This document shows positions 8,750 through 19,306 of a DNA stretch of 40,311 nt, one piece after another. Below the pieces are notes generated by a model that worked only from the letters and a program-made list of their open reading frames with translations, was not told the origin of the DNA and made no database searches. A program made the translations under genes and the position numbers. Positions within the stretch are counted from its first letter, which is position 1. Each line of letters begins with the position of its first letter. Origin of the DNA: an uncultured Butyricicoccus sp. (GTDB lineage: Bacteria; Bacillota; Clostridia; Oscillospirales; Butyricicoccaceae); the NCBI GenBank assembly GCA_947575935.1, contig CANPPM010000001.1, positions 1-40,311 of the forward strand. Reading direction: 5' to 3'.

Positions 8750-9607
8750 ATGTATTTTTTAATTATTTCGGGTATGTCCGGCGCGGGGAAGAGCCGCGCC
8801 GTTGCCTCGATGGAGGATCTGGGCTATTACTGCGTGGACAACCTGCCGCTTGCCCTGATCCCAACCTTTGCCGAGGTCTGTCTGAACGCGGCCGAGCGAT
8901 ATGAACGCGTTGCGCTTTGTACCGATGTACGGGCGGGCGGGAACTTTGACCAATTGTTTCTGTCGCTGGATGCGATCCGGGCAATGGGCTGCGAGGTCGA
9001 GATCCTATTTCTGGATACTGACACCGCCACGCTGATCAACCGCTTTAAAGAGACTCGCCGCAAGCATCCGTTGATGGAAAATGGGTTGGGTATGCTGCAG
9101 GCCATAGAGCGTGAGCGGACGCTGTTGGAGGGCATCCGCGGCAAAGCGGATTATGTGATTGATACCACCCGCCTTTCGGCTGCAGGCCTGCGGGAAAGGA
9201 TCATTCATATCTTTTCATCGAATGAGCGGGACGAGCTGTTTGAGGTGACGGTTGAGTCGTTTGGCTTTAAATATGGGATTCCGCCCGAGTCTGACCTGGT
9301 GTTTGACGTCCGTTTCCTGCCCAATCCCTATTATGAGATCAGCCTGAGGGAGCATAACGGCACCGAGCAGGCGGTGCGGGATTATGTTTTTCAAAATGGT
9401 ACGGCCGATGTGCTGATGTCACATTTGGATGCGTTGGTGGATTTTTTGTTGCCGCGGTATGTTTCTGAGGGCAAGACTTCGGTGACGATCTGCGTCGGGT
9501 GTACCGGCGGCAAGCACCGTTCGGTTGCCATCGCAGAGGCGCTGGGGGAGCATATCCGTGCAAACGGCTATAGAACCTCAATGCTGCACCGGGATTACTG
9601 CCGCTGA
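8750..9607 (+). CDS. rapZ: RNase adapter / P-loop protein RapZ (YvcJ)
   Basis: ISGMSGAGKS, YCVDNLP, SFGFKYG, FDVRFLPNPYY, GCTGGKHRSV. Confidence 0.95.
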   Translation: MYFLIISGMSGAGKSRAVASMEDLGYYCVDNLPLALIPTFAEVCLNAAERYERVALCTDVRAGGNFDQLFLSLDAIRAMGCEVEILFLDTDTATLINRFKETRRKHPLMENGLGMLQAIERERTLLEGIRGKADYVIDTTRLSAAGLRERIIHIFSSNERDELFEVTVESFGFKYGIPPESDLVFDVRFLPNPYYEISLREHNGTEQAVRDYVFQNGTADVLMSHLDALVDFLLPRYVSEGKTSVTICVGCTGGKHRSVAIAEALGEHIRANGYRTSMLHRDYCR

Positions 9608-9677
9608 CGCCGTATGCGGCGCAGCCAGCCCATGGGGGCTGGCGTGAAGATGAATTAGGAGAAATGAGGTTTTTTCG

Positions 9678-10580
9678 TTGACTTTTTCTGCCGAAACCAA
9701 GGCGGAGCTTTGCCGTGTTCCGATGGAACGAAGGTGCTGCCGGATGGCGGAACTGTACGGGATCCTGCTCTGCGCGCCCGCGTTTGGGGATACCGGGATT
9801 CGGGTTTCCAGCGCCCATGCCGGGCTTGTGCGCCGCGCTGCGCTGCTGTTGTCGCGTGTATTTGGGGTTGAGCCTGTCGTTGCGCGCAGCGGCAGCCGGC
9901 AGACGCTGCGCGTTGAGGACGCGGCTGCGCTGCGAGGAATCTTCAGTGGTTTTGGATACGATTTTAAGCCGAGTATTACCTATCATCTAAACCGCAATGT
10001 TCTGGAAAATGAGTGTTGTGCGGCGGCTTTTCTGCGCGGCGCGTTCTTGATGGCCGGGTCGGTTGCAGGGCCGGAAAAGAAAAGCCACCTGGAGCTGAAG
10101 ATTGGACACAGCGCGCTTTCCCGCGAGATCATGAGCTTGATGCTGGATAGCGGGATTTCACCGCATTGCACCGAGCGCGCTGCCGGGTCGCTGATCTATT
10201 TGAAGGAAACGGCGGGGATTGAAGATTTTCTCACTCTTATTGGCGCGTCCGGCGCGGCAATGGCAATTATGGAAGCGAAGGTTGAAAAAAGCTTACGAAA
10301 CCGCGTTAACCGTCAGGTCAATTGCGAGACTGCAAACCTGATGAAGACCTCTGCAGCCTCGCAGCGGCAGATTGCCGCGATTGAAGCGGCGCTTGCGCGC
10401 GGCGGCATCGGCATCTTTCCGGAGAGCCTGCGGGAGACCGTCGACCTGCGGGTAGCGTACCCGGAGGCCAGTCTGTCTGAGCTGGCGGCCAAGTTTTCAC
10501 CGCCGCTTTCCAAGCCTGGCCTTGACCACCGGCTGAAACGGATCCTCAAAATAGCCGAACAGGAAGGGGGAAGCTTCTAA
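9678..10580 (+). CDS. whiA: DNA-binding protein WhiA
   Basis: FSAETKAEL, FLRGAFL.AGSV, RNRVNRQVNCETAN, C-terminal HTH SLSELA..SKPGLDHRL; TTG start with RBS GAGGT. Confidence 0.93.
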   Translation: MTFSAETKAELCRVPMERRCCRMAELYGILLCAPAFGDTGIRVSSAHAGLVRRAALLLSRVFGVEPVVARSGSRQTLRVEDAAALRGIFSGFGYDFKPSITYHLNRNVLENECCAAAFLRGAFLMAGSVAGPEKKSHLELKIGHSALSREIMSLMLDSGISPHCTERAAGSLIYLKETAGIEDFLTLIGASGAAMAIMEAKVEKSLRNRVNRQVNCETANLMKTSAASQRQIAAIEAALARGGIGIFPESLRETVDLRVAYPEASLSELAAKFSPPLSKPGLDHRLKRILKIAEQEGGSF

Positions 10581-13500
10581 ATGGGATCGTTTGCGCATCT
10601 CCATGTGCATACAGAATACAGCCTGCTTGACGGGGCCTGCCGGATCGAACAGTTGGTGGACCGCGTTGCGCAGCTTGGGCAGACTGCGGTTGCCATCACC
10701 GACCATGGCGTCATGTACGGCGTCATTGATTTTTACCGCGCCGCCAAAAAGCGTGGGATCCATCCGGTCATTGGCTGTGAAGTTTATGTTGCCCCGCGTT
10801 CGAGGCATGACCGCAGCTATACCGGCGGTGAATGGCACAGCCACCTGATTCTGCTGTGTGAGAATATGACCGGCTACCGCAATCTGATCCATATGGTCAG
10901 CCTCGGTTTTACAGAAGGCTTTTACATGAAACCGCGGATCGACCACGCACTGTTGGAGCAATATCATGAGGGGCTGATCTGCCTGTCGGCCTGCCTGGCG
11001 GGCGAGCTGCCCCGGCTGATCACCAGCGGTCGTTATGAAGAGGCCAAGCGGCTTGCCTTGTGGTATCGAGAGATTTTTGGGGAAGACCATTATTATTTGG
11101 AAATCCAGGATCACGGCATTGCGGAGCAGGCAGAGGTTAACCGGCAGCTGATCCGCCTATCTCACGAGACCGGCATTGCGCTGGTTGCGACCAACGATGC
11201 GCACTACCTGGCCCGCGGCGATGCGGCGCTGCAGGATGTGCTGATGTCGATCCAGATGGGAAAGACGGTGGACGACCCCACCCGGATGAAATTCCAGACT
11301 GAGGAATTTTACATCAAGAGTGAGGAGGAGATGCGCGCGCTGTTTGCGGATACGCCCGAGGCGCTCGCCAACACCGCGGAGATTGCCGAGCGCTGTCAAG
11401 TCGAATTTGAGTTCGGCAAATACCATTTGCCGCGGTTTGACGTGCCGGCAGGCTATACCGCGGAGGACTACCTCCGCATGTGCTGCGAGGAAGGGTTTGC
11501 CAGACGCTATCCCGAGGATGACGGGGAGGTGCGCAAACGGCTGCTGTATGAACTGGATATGATCGTACAAATGGGTTTTGTCGACTATTTCTTGATCGTA
11601 TCTGATTTCATCGGATACGCCAAGCGAAACGGCATTCCGGTCGGCCCGGGGCGCGGCTCGGCGGCCGGCTCGATTGTTTCCTACTGCCTGGATATTACAG
11701 ACCTGGATCCGATCCGGTATTCTCTGTATTTCGAGCGTTTTCTAAATCCGGAGCGCGTCTCTATGCCCGATATTGATATTGATTTCTGTTATGTGCGCCG
11801 CCCTGAGGTGATCCAGTATGTGACGGATAAGTATGGGGCCGACCATGTTGCGCAAATTGTGACGTTTGGTACGATGGCGGCGCGCGGCGCCATTCGGGAT
11901 GTGGGCCGTGCGCTGAATGTCCCCTATAATGAGGTGGACGCGATCGCCAAACAGGTGCCGATGGAGCTGCATATTACCATTGAAAAGGCGATGAAGTCCA
12001 ATCCGGAGCTGCGCAAAATGTATGACGGCGATCCCAAGGTCAAGAACCTGATTGATACCGCGCGCGCGCTTGAGGGCATGCCGCGGCATGCGTCGACCCA
12101 TGCGGCCGGGGTTGTGATTACCAAAGAGCCGGTCGATACCTATGTGCCGCTGTCGGTGAATGACGGCCAGCCGGTCACACAGTTCACAATGATCACGCTG
12201 GAGGAGCTTGGCCTGCTGAAAATGGATTTTCTCGGGCTGCGCAACCTGACGGTGATTGCGGATGCGGAACGGATGATTTGCCGCCGTGCGCCGGATTTTC
12301 GGATGGACAGCGTTTCGCTGGAGGACGAAGCGACCTATCAGATGCTGTGGCAGGGCAAGACCATAGGGGTATTTCAGTTGGAATCAGGCGGCATGACCAA
12401 TGTGGTGGTCAATCTGCGGCCGCAGTCGATAGAGGACATCACGGCGGTAATTGCGCTTTACCGCCCGGGACCGATGCAGTATATTCCGCGGTATACCGAG
12501 TGCCGCCACAATCCGGGAAAGGTGACGTACAAGCATCCCCTTTTGGAGCCCATCCTGTCGGTTACCTACGGCTGCATGGTCTATCAGGAGCAGGTCATGC
12601 AGGTCTTTCAGGCGCTGGCCGGATTTTCGCTGGGGAAAGCCGACATGGTGCGCCGCGCGATGAGCAAAAAGAAGTTTAAGGAGCTGGAAAAGGAGCGCAT
12701 TAATTTTATCCACGGCAATGAGGCGCTTGGCATTGACGGCGCGGTCAAACGGGGCGTCCCTGAGCAGACGGCGGCGGAGATTTTTGACGAGATCCTTGAC
12801 TTTGCCAATTATGGTTTTAATAAGTCACATGCGGTGTGTTACGCGCTGGTTGCTTACCGCACCGCCTATCTGAAGTGCCACTACCCGCGCGAGTATATGG
12901 CGGCGCTGCTGACCTCGGTGCTCGACTGGGCCGGCAAGATCTCCGAATATATCGCGGCTGCGCGGGAAATGGGCATCCGCGTGCTGCCGCCTGATGTGAA
13001 TGAATCTGATGATACGTTTTCGGTCTCGGGTGACGCCATCCGGTTTGGATTGTCGGCGATCAAAAATGTAGGGCGCGGTTTTATGAAGCAGGTCGTGCAG
13101 GAGCGCGGGCGTGGCGGCAGGTACCGTTCGTTCCAGGATTTCTGTGACCGGCTGAGCAGCTATGATCTCAACCGGCGCGCGCTGGAAAGCCTGATCAAGG
13201 CAGGCGCGTTTGATTCCATGGGGGCGAATCGCCGTCAGCTGCTGATGGTATATACGCGGGTGCTCGATGCGGCAAGCGCCAGCCGCCGGCGTAATGTCGA
13301 GGGCCAGCTTGATCTGTTCGGGATGGGAAACGAAGAGATCCGGGATGCGCGCGTCGAGCTGCCGCCGGTGGAGGAGTTCCCGCGGCGTGAGCGGCTCGCA
13401 ATGGAAAAAGAGACGACAGGGCTCTACCTTTCCGGCCATCCGATGGATGAGTATCGTGCGCTTGCAGTGCAGTCGCAGGCGGCGAAAATCCGTGCGGTGA

Positions 13501-14090
13501 TTGAGGATTTGACCGGCGAAAATGTGGAAAACCCGGTTTATAGGGACGGGATGAAGGTGCGGCTTGCGGCGGTTGTAACGTCGGTACGGCTTAAGACCAC
13601 CCGAAACGGCGGGATGATGGCCTACGTCCAGGTGGAGGATGAGTCGGGCGGCCTAGAGCTGGTTGTCTTTCCGCGTACGCTGCAGGAATTCAGCAGCCTG
13701 CTGCGGGAGGATTCGGCGGTTTTGCTTGACGGGCGGATTGACGCGCGCGAGGAGGAGGCCCCCAAGGTCATCACCGATATGGTGCGCGCGCTGGATGCCG
13801 AGACGGTCGCAGCGCTGCACCGCCAGCGGGGCGGCCCGGAAAAGGCCCGCCAGGAGGCGCGCGCGGCAGGTGGGCGGCTGCACCTGAAGTTGGATTCTAT
13901 GGAAGGCAGCGCTTTTGAACAGGTCAAGGCGGTTTTGCTCCGGCATCACGGGGAAATTCCAGTCCAGTTTTACCCGCAGGACAGCAAAAAGAAGCTGCTT
14001 GCACCGCGCGGCCTGTGGATCGCACGAAATATGGAGGCGGTTGAAAAAATAAGGTGTATTTTGGGCGCGGATAATGTTATAATGAAGTGA
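10581..14090 (+). CDS. dnaE: DNA polymerase III alpha subunit
   Basis: HLHVHTEYSLLDG PHP domain, GPGRGSAAGS, FERFLNPERVSMPDIDIDF, KMDFLGLRNL, YGFNKSHA. Confidence 0.98.
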   Translation: MGSFAHLHVHTEYSLLDGACRIEQLVDRVAQLGQTAVAITDHGVMYGVIDFYRAAKKRGIHPVIGCEVYVAPRSRHDRSYTGGEWHSHLILLCENMTGYRNLIHMVSLGFTEGFYMKPRIDHALLEQYHEGLICLSACLAGELPRLITSGRYEEAKRLALWYREIFGEDHYYLEIQDHGIAEQAEVNRQLIRLSHETGIALVATNDAHYLARGDAALQDVLMSIQMGKTVDDPTRMKFQTEEFYIKSEEEMRALFADTPEALANTAEIAERCQVEFEFGKYHLPRFDVPAGYTAEDYLRMCCEEGFARRYPEDDGEVRKRLLYELDMIVQMGFVDYFLIVSDFIGYAKRNGIPVGPGRGSAAGSIVSYCLDITDLDPIRYSLYFERFLNPERVSMPDIDIDFCYVRRPEVIQYVTDKYGADHVAQIVTFGTMAARGAIRDVGRALNVPYNEVDAIAKQVPMELHITIEKAMKSNPELRKMYDGDPKVKNLIDTARALEGMPRHASTHAAGVVITKEPVDTYVPLSVNDGQPVTQFTMITLEELGLLKMDFLGLRNLTVIADAERMICRRAPDFRMDSVSLEDEATYQMLWQGKTIGVFQLESGGMTNVVVNLRPQSIEDITAVIALYRPGPMQYIPRYTECRHNPGKVTYKHPLLEPILSVTYGCMVYQEQVMQVFQALAGFSLGKADMVRRAMSKKKFKELEKERINFIHGNEALGIDGAVKRGVPEQTAAEIFDEILDFANYGFNKSHAVCYALVAYRTAYLKCHYPREYMAALLTSVLDWAGKISEYIAAAREMGIRVLPPDVNESDDTFSVSGDAIRFGLSAIKNVGRGFMKQVVQERGRGGRYRSFQDFCDRLSSYDLNRRALESLIKAGAFDSMGANRRQLLMVYTRVLDAASASRRRNVEGQLDLFGMGNEEIRDARVELPPVEEFPRRERLAMEKETTGLYLSGHPMDEYRALAVQSQAAKIRAVIEDLTGENVENPVYRDGMKVRLAAVVTSVRLKTTRNGGMMAYVQVEDESGGLELVVFPRTLQEFSSLLREDSAVLLDGRIDAREEEAPKVITDMVRALDAETVAALHRQRGGPEKARQEARAAGGRLHLKLDSMEGSAFEQVKAVLLRHHGEIPVQFYPQDSKKKLLAPRGLWIARNMEAVEKIRCILGADNVIMK

Positions 14091-14221
14091 AGGGCCGGGG
14101 CGGGACAGGCCGCGGCAGAGAACCTGTGTCTGCCAGCCGGAGACAGCGTTTGTGCTTGGCATTTCCGCCGGCTTGGCATGGAAATAGGTTTTGACAACAT
14201 GCAAGTGGAGGGATTTTAATA

Positions 14222-15199
14222 ATGGAGAAGAAACCCATTCGCAGGATTGGCATCCTCACCAGCGGCGGCGATGCGCCGGGCATGAATGCGGTCATCCGCG
14301 CCGTGGTACGTACGGCGACGGCGCATGGCATTTCGGTATTGGGTATTCGCCGCGGCTACAGCGGCCTGATCAACGGGGATATCATGGAGCTTTCTGCGCG
14401 CAGCGTGGATGGCATCATTCGCAAAGGCGGGACGATGCTCTATACCGCTCGCTGTAAGGAAATGATGACCGAGGAGGGGCTGCAAAAGGCGGTAGATACT
14501 TGCAAATACCTTGGGATTGACGGGCTGATCTGCTGCGGCGGCGACGGCACTTTCCGAGGCGCGCAGGCGCTTTCCCGGCTGGGCGTACCTTGCATCGGCG
14601 TGCCGGGTACAATTGATAATGATATCGTGTGCACTGACTATACCATCGGCTTTGACAGCGCGTGCAACACGGCGGTGGAGTGTATCGATAAGCTGCGCGA
14701 CACCATGCAGTCGCATGAGCGCTGCTCCGTGGTCGAGGTGATGGGCCGCCGTGCAGGCCACCTGGCGCTTAATGTCGGCTGTGCGGTGGGCGCGACGGCG
14801 ACTTTGCTGCCAGAACAGGAGGTCGATTTTGACGTTGACGTGATCGATAAGATGCGCACTGGCCGTATCAAGGGCCGCAACCATCATATTATCATCGTGG
14901 CGGAGGGGTATGGCAGCGCGCAGTCGGTTGCGGACCGCATCCATGAAAATACCGGTATTGATACCCGCGTCACCATTTTGGGACATATCCAGCGCGGCGG
15001 CACCCCGACTGCACAGGATCGCATTATGGCAACCCGCATGGGGTATTGGGCGGTCAAATGCATTGAGGAGGGCAAGTCCAAGCGTATCGTGGTGTTTGAT
15101 AAGAATGCAATCAGCGATATTGATATTGAAGAGGGGCTGGCCAAAACCAAGACTTTGAATGGAAATCTGCTGGAGGCGCAGCTGACAGTCGCCATTTGA
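14222..15199 (+). CDS. pfkA: ATP-dependent 6-phosphofructokinase
   Basis: LTSGGDAPGMNA, GGDGT, PGTIDND, VEVMGR, LGHIQRGG. Confidence 0.97.
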   Translation: MEKKPIRRIGILTSGGDAPGMNAVIRAVVRTATAHGISVLGIRRGYSGLINGDIMELSARSVDGIIRKGGTMLYTARCKEMMTEEGLQKAVDTCKYLGIDGLICCGGDGTFRGAQALSRLGVPCIGVPGTIDNDIVCTDYTIGFDSACNTAVECIDKLRDTMQSHERCSVVEVMGRRAGHLALNVGCAVGATATLLPEQEVDFDVDVIDKMRTGRIKGRNHHIIIVAEGYGSAQSVADRIHENTGIDTRVTILGHIQRGGTPTAQDRIMATRMGYWAVKCIEEGKSKRIVVFDKNAISDIDIEEGLAKTKTLNGNLLEAQLTVAI

Positions 15200-15451
15200 G
15201 CCGTGCTGTCTGACGGGCGCTTTGGCACGCTGTACTGCCGGAGGGGTTCCCGGCCGGTGTTTTTGGGGGCCGGCTGCTTTGCTCGCTGCAGGCTTTTCAC
15301 GCGGCCGGGTATTTCTTCCGGTATTGAGACAGGCCCTAGGAGCGGGAGCGGTTGCCGAAACCGCCCCGCTCTGTTTTCGTGTTTCGACGGCGGAAAGGCG
15401 GCGGTTTCAAAGCGCAGGGAATTTATGGACTTCTTTGAAGAGGTGTTTGGT

Positions 15452-16183
15452 GTGAAAACCGTTTGGATTACCGGTGGTTCGCGCGGCATTGGCGCGGCAG
15501 CGGTGCAGAGCTTTGCCCGTATGGGCTGGCGTACCGCGTTCAGCTGGCTGCACTGTGGGGATGCGGCGCGGTCGCTTGTGCAGTCGCTCACGGCAGAGGG
15601 CTGTACGGTGCTGTCGGTGCGCGGCGATATGCGGAAACGGGCCGATGTAGAAGCGTGCGCCGCTGCGGTTCGGTCTGCGTTTGGCCGGATTGATGCGTTG
15701 GTATATAATGCGGGCGTCGCACAGCAAAAGCTGGTGCAGGAGATTACGGATGCGGATTGGGAGATGCTGCTGCAGACCAACCTGCGGGGCGCCCTTTATG
15801 CGGTGCAGGCCGTGCTGCCCGATTTTTTTGCCGTGCAGGGCGGCGCTATCGTCACGGTTTCCTCTGTTTGGGGGATGACCGGCGCAAGCTGTGAAAGCCA
15901 CTATGCGGCCTCCAAAGCCGGGCTGATCGGCCTGACCAAGTCGCTGGCGCTGGAGCTGGGGCCGTCGGGCATCCGGGCCAACTGTGTTGCGCCGGGGGTC
16001 ATTGACACCGATATGAATCGTATGCACAGCAAGGAAACGCTGCGTGCGCTTGCAGAGGATACGCCGCTTGGCCGCCTTGGGACACCGGAGGAGGCGGCGG
16101 AGGCGATCCGCTTCCTGGCTTCGCCGGAAAGCGCCTTTATTACCGGCCAGGTATTGGGCGTAACCGGCGGATTTGGCATGTAA
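15452..16183 (+). CDS. SDR oxidoreductase, FabG-like; resembles EF-P 5-aminopentanone reductase YmfI
   Basis: TGGSRGIG, YNAG, SSVWGMTGASCESHYAASK (YxxxK), VAPGVIDTDMN; GTG start after RBS GAGGTG. Confidence 0.8.
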   Translation: MKTVWITGGSRGIGAAAVQSFARMGWRTAFSWLHCGDAARSLVQSLTAEGCTVLSVRGDMRKRADVEACAAAVRSAFGRIDALVYNAGVAQQKLVQEITDADWEMLLQTNLRGALYAVQAVLPDFFAVQGGAIVTVSSVWGMTGASCESHYAASKAGLIGLTKSLALELGPSGIRANCVAPGVIDTDMNRMHSKETLRALAEDTPLGRLGTPEEAAEAIRFLASPESAFITGQVLGVTGGFGM

Positions 16184-16239
16184 GTCATCCGGCGCAGGGG
16201 CGCGGGGCGTCCCTGGCGCATATGCTGATGCAGGGAGGG

Positions 16240-16530
16240 ATGGCTTTGGAATTCGTGATTTATTCGTTGGCAGCAGTCGGGTTGATTTGCATTTTGCGGT
16301 CGGTCTGTGATATACTGTTGTTAGGCTTTCTGCATGCGGAGGAATGTGCGGAGCTTTATCTGTTTCTGGATGGCCGGGCGCCCGGTGCGGAGCATCTTCT
16401 GCGCGCCGCCCATCGCGCCCGCCGTGCGTTTTTGCCGGGGCTGCCGGTGGTGTTTATTGATACCGGCGAGGGCTGCGCGTCCCTGCGGCGGCTTGCGGGG
16501 GAGCTGGATATGGAGTATTTCGGAATGTAA
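16240..16530 (+). CDS. Small hypothetical protein with an N-terminal hydrophobic segment
   Basis: RBS GGGAGG; ORF fills the gap between the SDR gene and recD2 in the same orientation. Confidence 0.6.
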   Translation: MALEFVIYSLAAVGLICILRSVCDILLLGFLHAEECAELYLFLDGRAPGAEHLLRAAHRARRAFLPGLPVVFIDTGEGCASLRRLAGELDMEYFGM

Positions 16531-16548
16531 AAGCGGGATGGACAATAT

Positions 16549-18819
16549 ATGCAGGATTTTCAAGACTTACAGGGAGCAGCGGGCAATCCGGAAGCAATGG
16601 TAGGCGGCGCGGTCACACAGATTGTTTTTTATAATGCCGAAAACGGCTACACCGTGCTCCGCCTGACCTCGCCCGAGGGAGAGGAGATCACCGTGACCGG
16701 ATGCCTGCCGAACGTTGGTTTGGGCGAGGAGCTGGTGCTGAGTGGGAAATGGGTCAGCCACCCATCCTATGGGGATCAGTTTGCTGCCGACGGATTTGAG
16801 CGCAGCCTGCCGACCAGCGTCCGGGGGATTGCGGATTATTTGGGTTCGGGCCTGCTGAAGGGCATCGGGCCGCGTCTGGCTGCGCGCATTGCCAAGGAAT
16901 TCGGTGAGGAGACCTTTCGTGTCCTGGCCGAGGAGCCGGAGCGCCTGACGGAGATCCGGGGCATCACGGAGAAAAAGGCGCGTGAGATTGGGCGGCAGTT
17001 TCAAGAGCAGTCTGAGCTGCGTCAGTTGATGGACTTTCTCAGCGAGAATGAGCTGCCGTTGGAACTGACGGCGCGCCTGTACAAGCGGCTGGGGACGGCG
17101 GCAGTCGACGCACTGACGGCCAACCCGTTTTTGTTGTGCGATGATTATTATCAGGTCGATTTCAAGGTGGCAGACGACCTTGCGGCTAGCCTAGGGCTGT
17201 CCATGATGGCGCCCGAGCGGATTGACGCGGGTATTTTGTATACGATGTCGGTGAACTTGGACAATGGACACACGTTCATCCCGACGGAAAAAGTGGTCGG
17301 GACGACGGCGCACCTGCTTTCGGGGGATGGGATTTCGGTCGGCGAGGGGCACATTGCAGAGGGTCTTGTCCGCCTGACTTCCCAGGGGCAGTTGGTGCGG
17401 GAGCGGTTGGCGAATCGCGACGTGGTTTATCTGCGCGCGATGCATGAGGCGGAAACGTTTCTTTCCGAATATCTTTCCCGGGTGGCCGAGAACCAGTATG
17501 AGTATGATTTTGATGTGAGGGAGCTGCTGCATGCGTTGGAAATGGATGGCGACCTGCAGTATGCGCCGCTGCAGCGCGAGGCGATCGTAGCGGCGGCGCA
17601 AAACGGCGTTGTTATCCTGACCGGCGGCCCTGGGACCGGTAAGACGACGACAGTGCGCGGTATGCTGCGCGTGTTTGAGGCGTTGGGGCTGAATGTGGTG
17701 CTGGCCGCGCCGACCGGGCGGGCGGCCAAGCGGCTGTCTGAGCTGTGCGGTATGGAAGCGAAAACCATCCACCGCCTATTGGAGGCCGGTTATCAAGGGG
17801 GATTTGGGAGGCTGACCTTTCAGCGTTGCCGGACCAACCCGTTGGAATGTGACGCGGTTGTGTTGGACGAGGTGTCGATGGTCGATATTCAGCTGATGCA
17901 GGCGTTGGTGGAGGCGCTGCCGCACGGTGCGCGCCTGATACTGGTGGGCGATGCCGACCAGCTGCCGCCGGTGGGGCCGGGCAATTTTTTGCGGGATGCA
18001 ATCGGTTCAGGGCGCGTTCCGACAATCCAGCTGTCCGAGATTTTCAGGCAGGCGCAGGAAAGCGATATCGTGTTGAATGCGCATGCGATCAACGAGGGGC
18101 GGATGCCCGCGGCTTCGGGGCGTGACGGGGACTTCTTTATTATGCGAAAATCAAACGCAGCCGACATCATCGGGACGGTGGCAGGCCTGTGTTCGACCCG
18201 TCTGCCGCGTCATTACGGGTTCTCGCCGTCGCAGATCCAGGTGCTGACCCCCTCGCGGCGGCAGGGCGCGGGCACGGTCCAACTCAACCGCACCCTGCAG
18301 GAGGCGCTGAATCCGCCAGCCGACGGCAAGGAGGAAAAGCGTTTTGGGGATACGGTCTTTCGTACGGGCGACCGCGTGATGCAGGTGAGAAATAATTATG
18401 ATATCGTTTGGGAGCGCATGGACGGCAGTGAATCGGGCTGCGGCATGTTTAATGGGGATGTTGGCGAGATTGTACAGCTGCTGCCGGCCCAGGAGTGCCT
18501 GACCGTCCGTTTTGATGACAAATTGGCAACCTATACCTATGATATGCTTGGGGAGCTTGAGCTCGCGTATGCGATGACGGTACATAAGGCGCAGGGCAGC
18601 GAATTCGACGCAGTGGTCGTGGCGCTTTCCCCGGGCACCAATCCGCGCCTGCTGACACGAAATATTCTTTATACTGCCATTACCCGTGCCAAAAAGCTGC
18701 TTGTGATTGTCGGTTCCGCTGAGATCCTGCATGCAATGGTCGAGAATGACCGGCGAGGCCGGCGTTATTCCGCCCTGAAGTTGCGGCTGAAGGGGGCGGC
18801 GGCTGAGCCGCTGCCCTGA
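16549..18819 (+). CDS. recD2: ATP-dependent RecD-like DNA helicase RecD2
   Basis: NAENGYTV, HhH LKGIGP, TGGPGTGKTT, LAAPTGRAAKR, DEVSM, VGDADQLPPVGPG, AYAMTVHKAQGSEF, LYTAITRAK. Confidence 0.95.
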   Translation: MQDFQDLQGAAGNPEAMVGGAVTQIVFYNAENGYTVLRLTSPEGEEITVTGCLPNVGLGEELVLSGKWVSHPSYGDQFAADGFERSLPTSVRGIADYLGSGLLKGIGPRLAARIAKEFGEETFRVLAEEPERLTEIRGITEKKAREIGRQFQEQSELRQLMDFLSENELPLELTARLYKRLGTAAVDALTANPFLLCDDYYQVDFKVADDLAASLGLSMMAPERIDAGILYTMSVNLDNGHTFIPTEKVVGTTAHLLSGDGISVGEGHIAEGLVRLTSQGQLVRERLANRDVVYLRAMHEAETFLSEYLSRVAENQYEYDFDVRELLHALEMDGDLQYAPLQREAIVAAAQNGVVILTGGPGTGKTTTVRGMLRVFEALGLNVVLAAPTGRAAKRLSELCGMEAKTIHRLLEAGYQGGFGRLTFQRCRTNPLECDAVVLDEVSMVDIQLMQALVEALPHGARLILVGDADQLPPVGPGNFLRDAIGSGRVPTIQLSEIFRQAQESDIVLNAHAINEGRMPAASGRDGDFFIMRKSNAADIIGTVAGLCSTRLPRHYGFSPSQIQVLTPSRRQGAGTVQLNRTLQEALNPPADGKEEKRFGDTVFRTGDRVMQVRNNYDIVWERMDGSESGCGMFNGDVGEIVQLLPAQECLTVRFDDKLATYTYDMLGELELAYAMTVHKAQGSEFDAVVVALSPGTNPRLLTRNILYTAITRAKKLLVIVGSAEILHAMVENDRRGRRYSALKLRLKGAAAEPLP

Positions 18820-18973
18820 AGGGCGCCCTGCGCAGGACCGTGTAACGGATCCGTCTGAGCGGCGGCCGTTTTATGCGGGTATGACGCCGGAGATTTCCGA
18901 TTTTTTCCTTTTTCAGGCTGTTTTTTGTATGGATCGAAAGGGATATGATGTCGTTTTTTGTGCGCTTTGCCTA

Positions 18974-19002
18974 TTGCAGGGCGGGGGAAAATTCGTTATA
19001 CT
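18974..19002 (+). promoter_or_regulatory. SigA promoter upstream of the T-box
   Basis: TTGCAG-N17-TATACT. Confidence 0.65.
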
Positions 19003-19014
19003 TTATTTCGTTAG

Positions 19015-19266
19015 ATAAGTGAACAGCTGAGACGGAGAGAGTAGGCAGCCAGCGAACGCCGCAGCGAGCCGGGGATAGTGTAAGCCCGGCGCAATCAGCA
19101 GCCGTCCGAAAATCACTCCTGAGCTGTGCGCCGATCCCCATTTTGGGCGTAGGACGCACCGGTTTCCCTCCGTTAACCGGGAAACGTATGCTGGTACGGT
19201 AACAAGGTGGTATAACGAACGCTTTCGGGCCTTCGTCCTTTAACGGACGATGGTCCGTTTTTTGTT
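19015..19266 (+). ncRNA. T-box riboswitch, probable Ile (AUC) specifier
   Basis: Stem I GGAGAGAGTA...AGCGAGCCGGGGATAGTGTAAGCCCGG...GAAA-ATC-ACTCC (ATC at 19112-19114); T-box AAGGTGGTATAACG at 19204-19217; terminator CGGGCCTTCGTCC...GGACGATGGTCCG followed by T7. Confidence 0.88.
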
Positions 19267-19306
19267 GCCGGGAACATCAAAAAACATTGTTTGGAGGCAA
19301 ATCATC

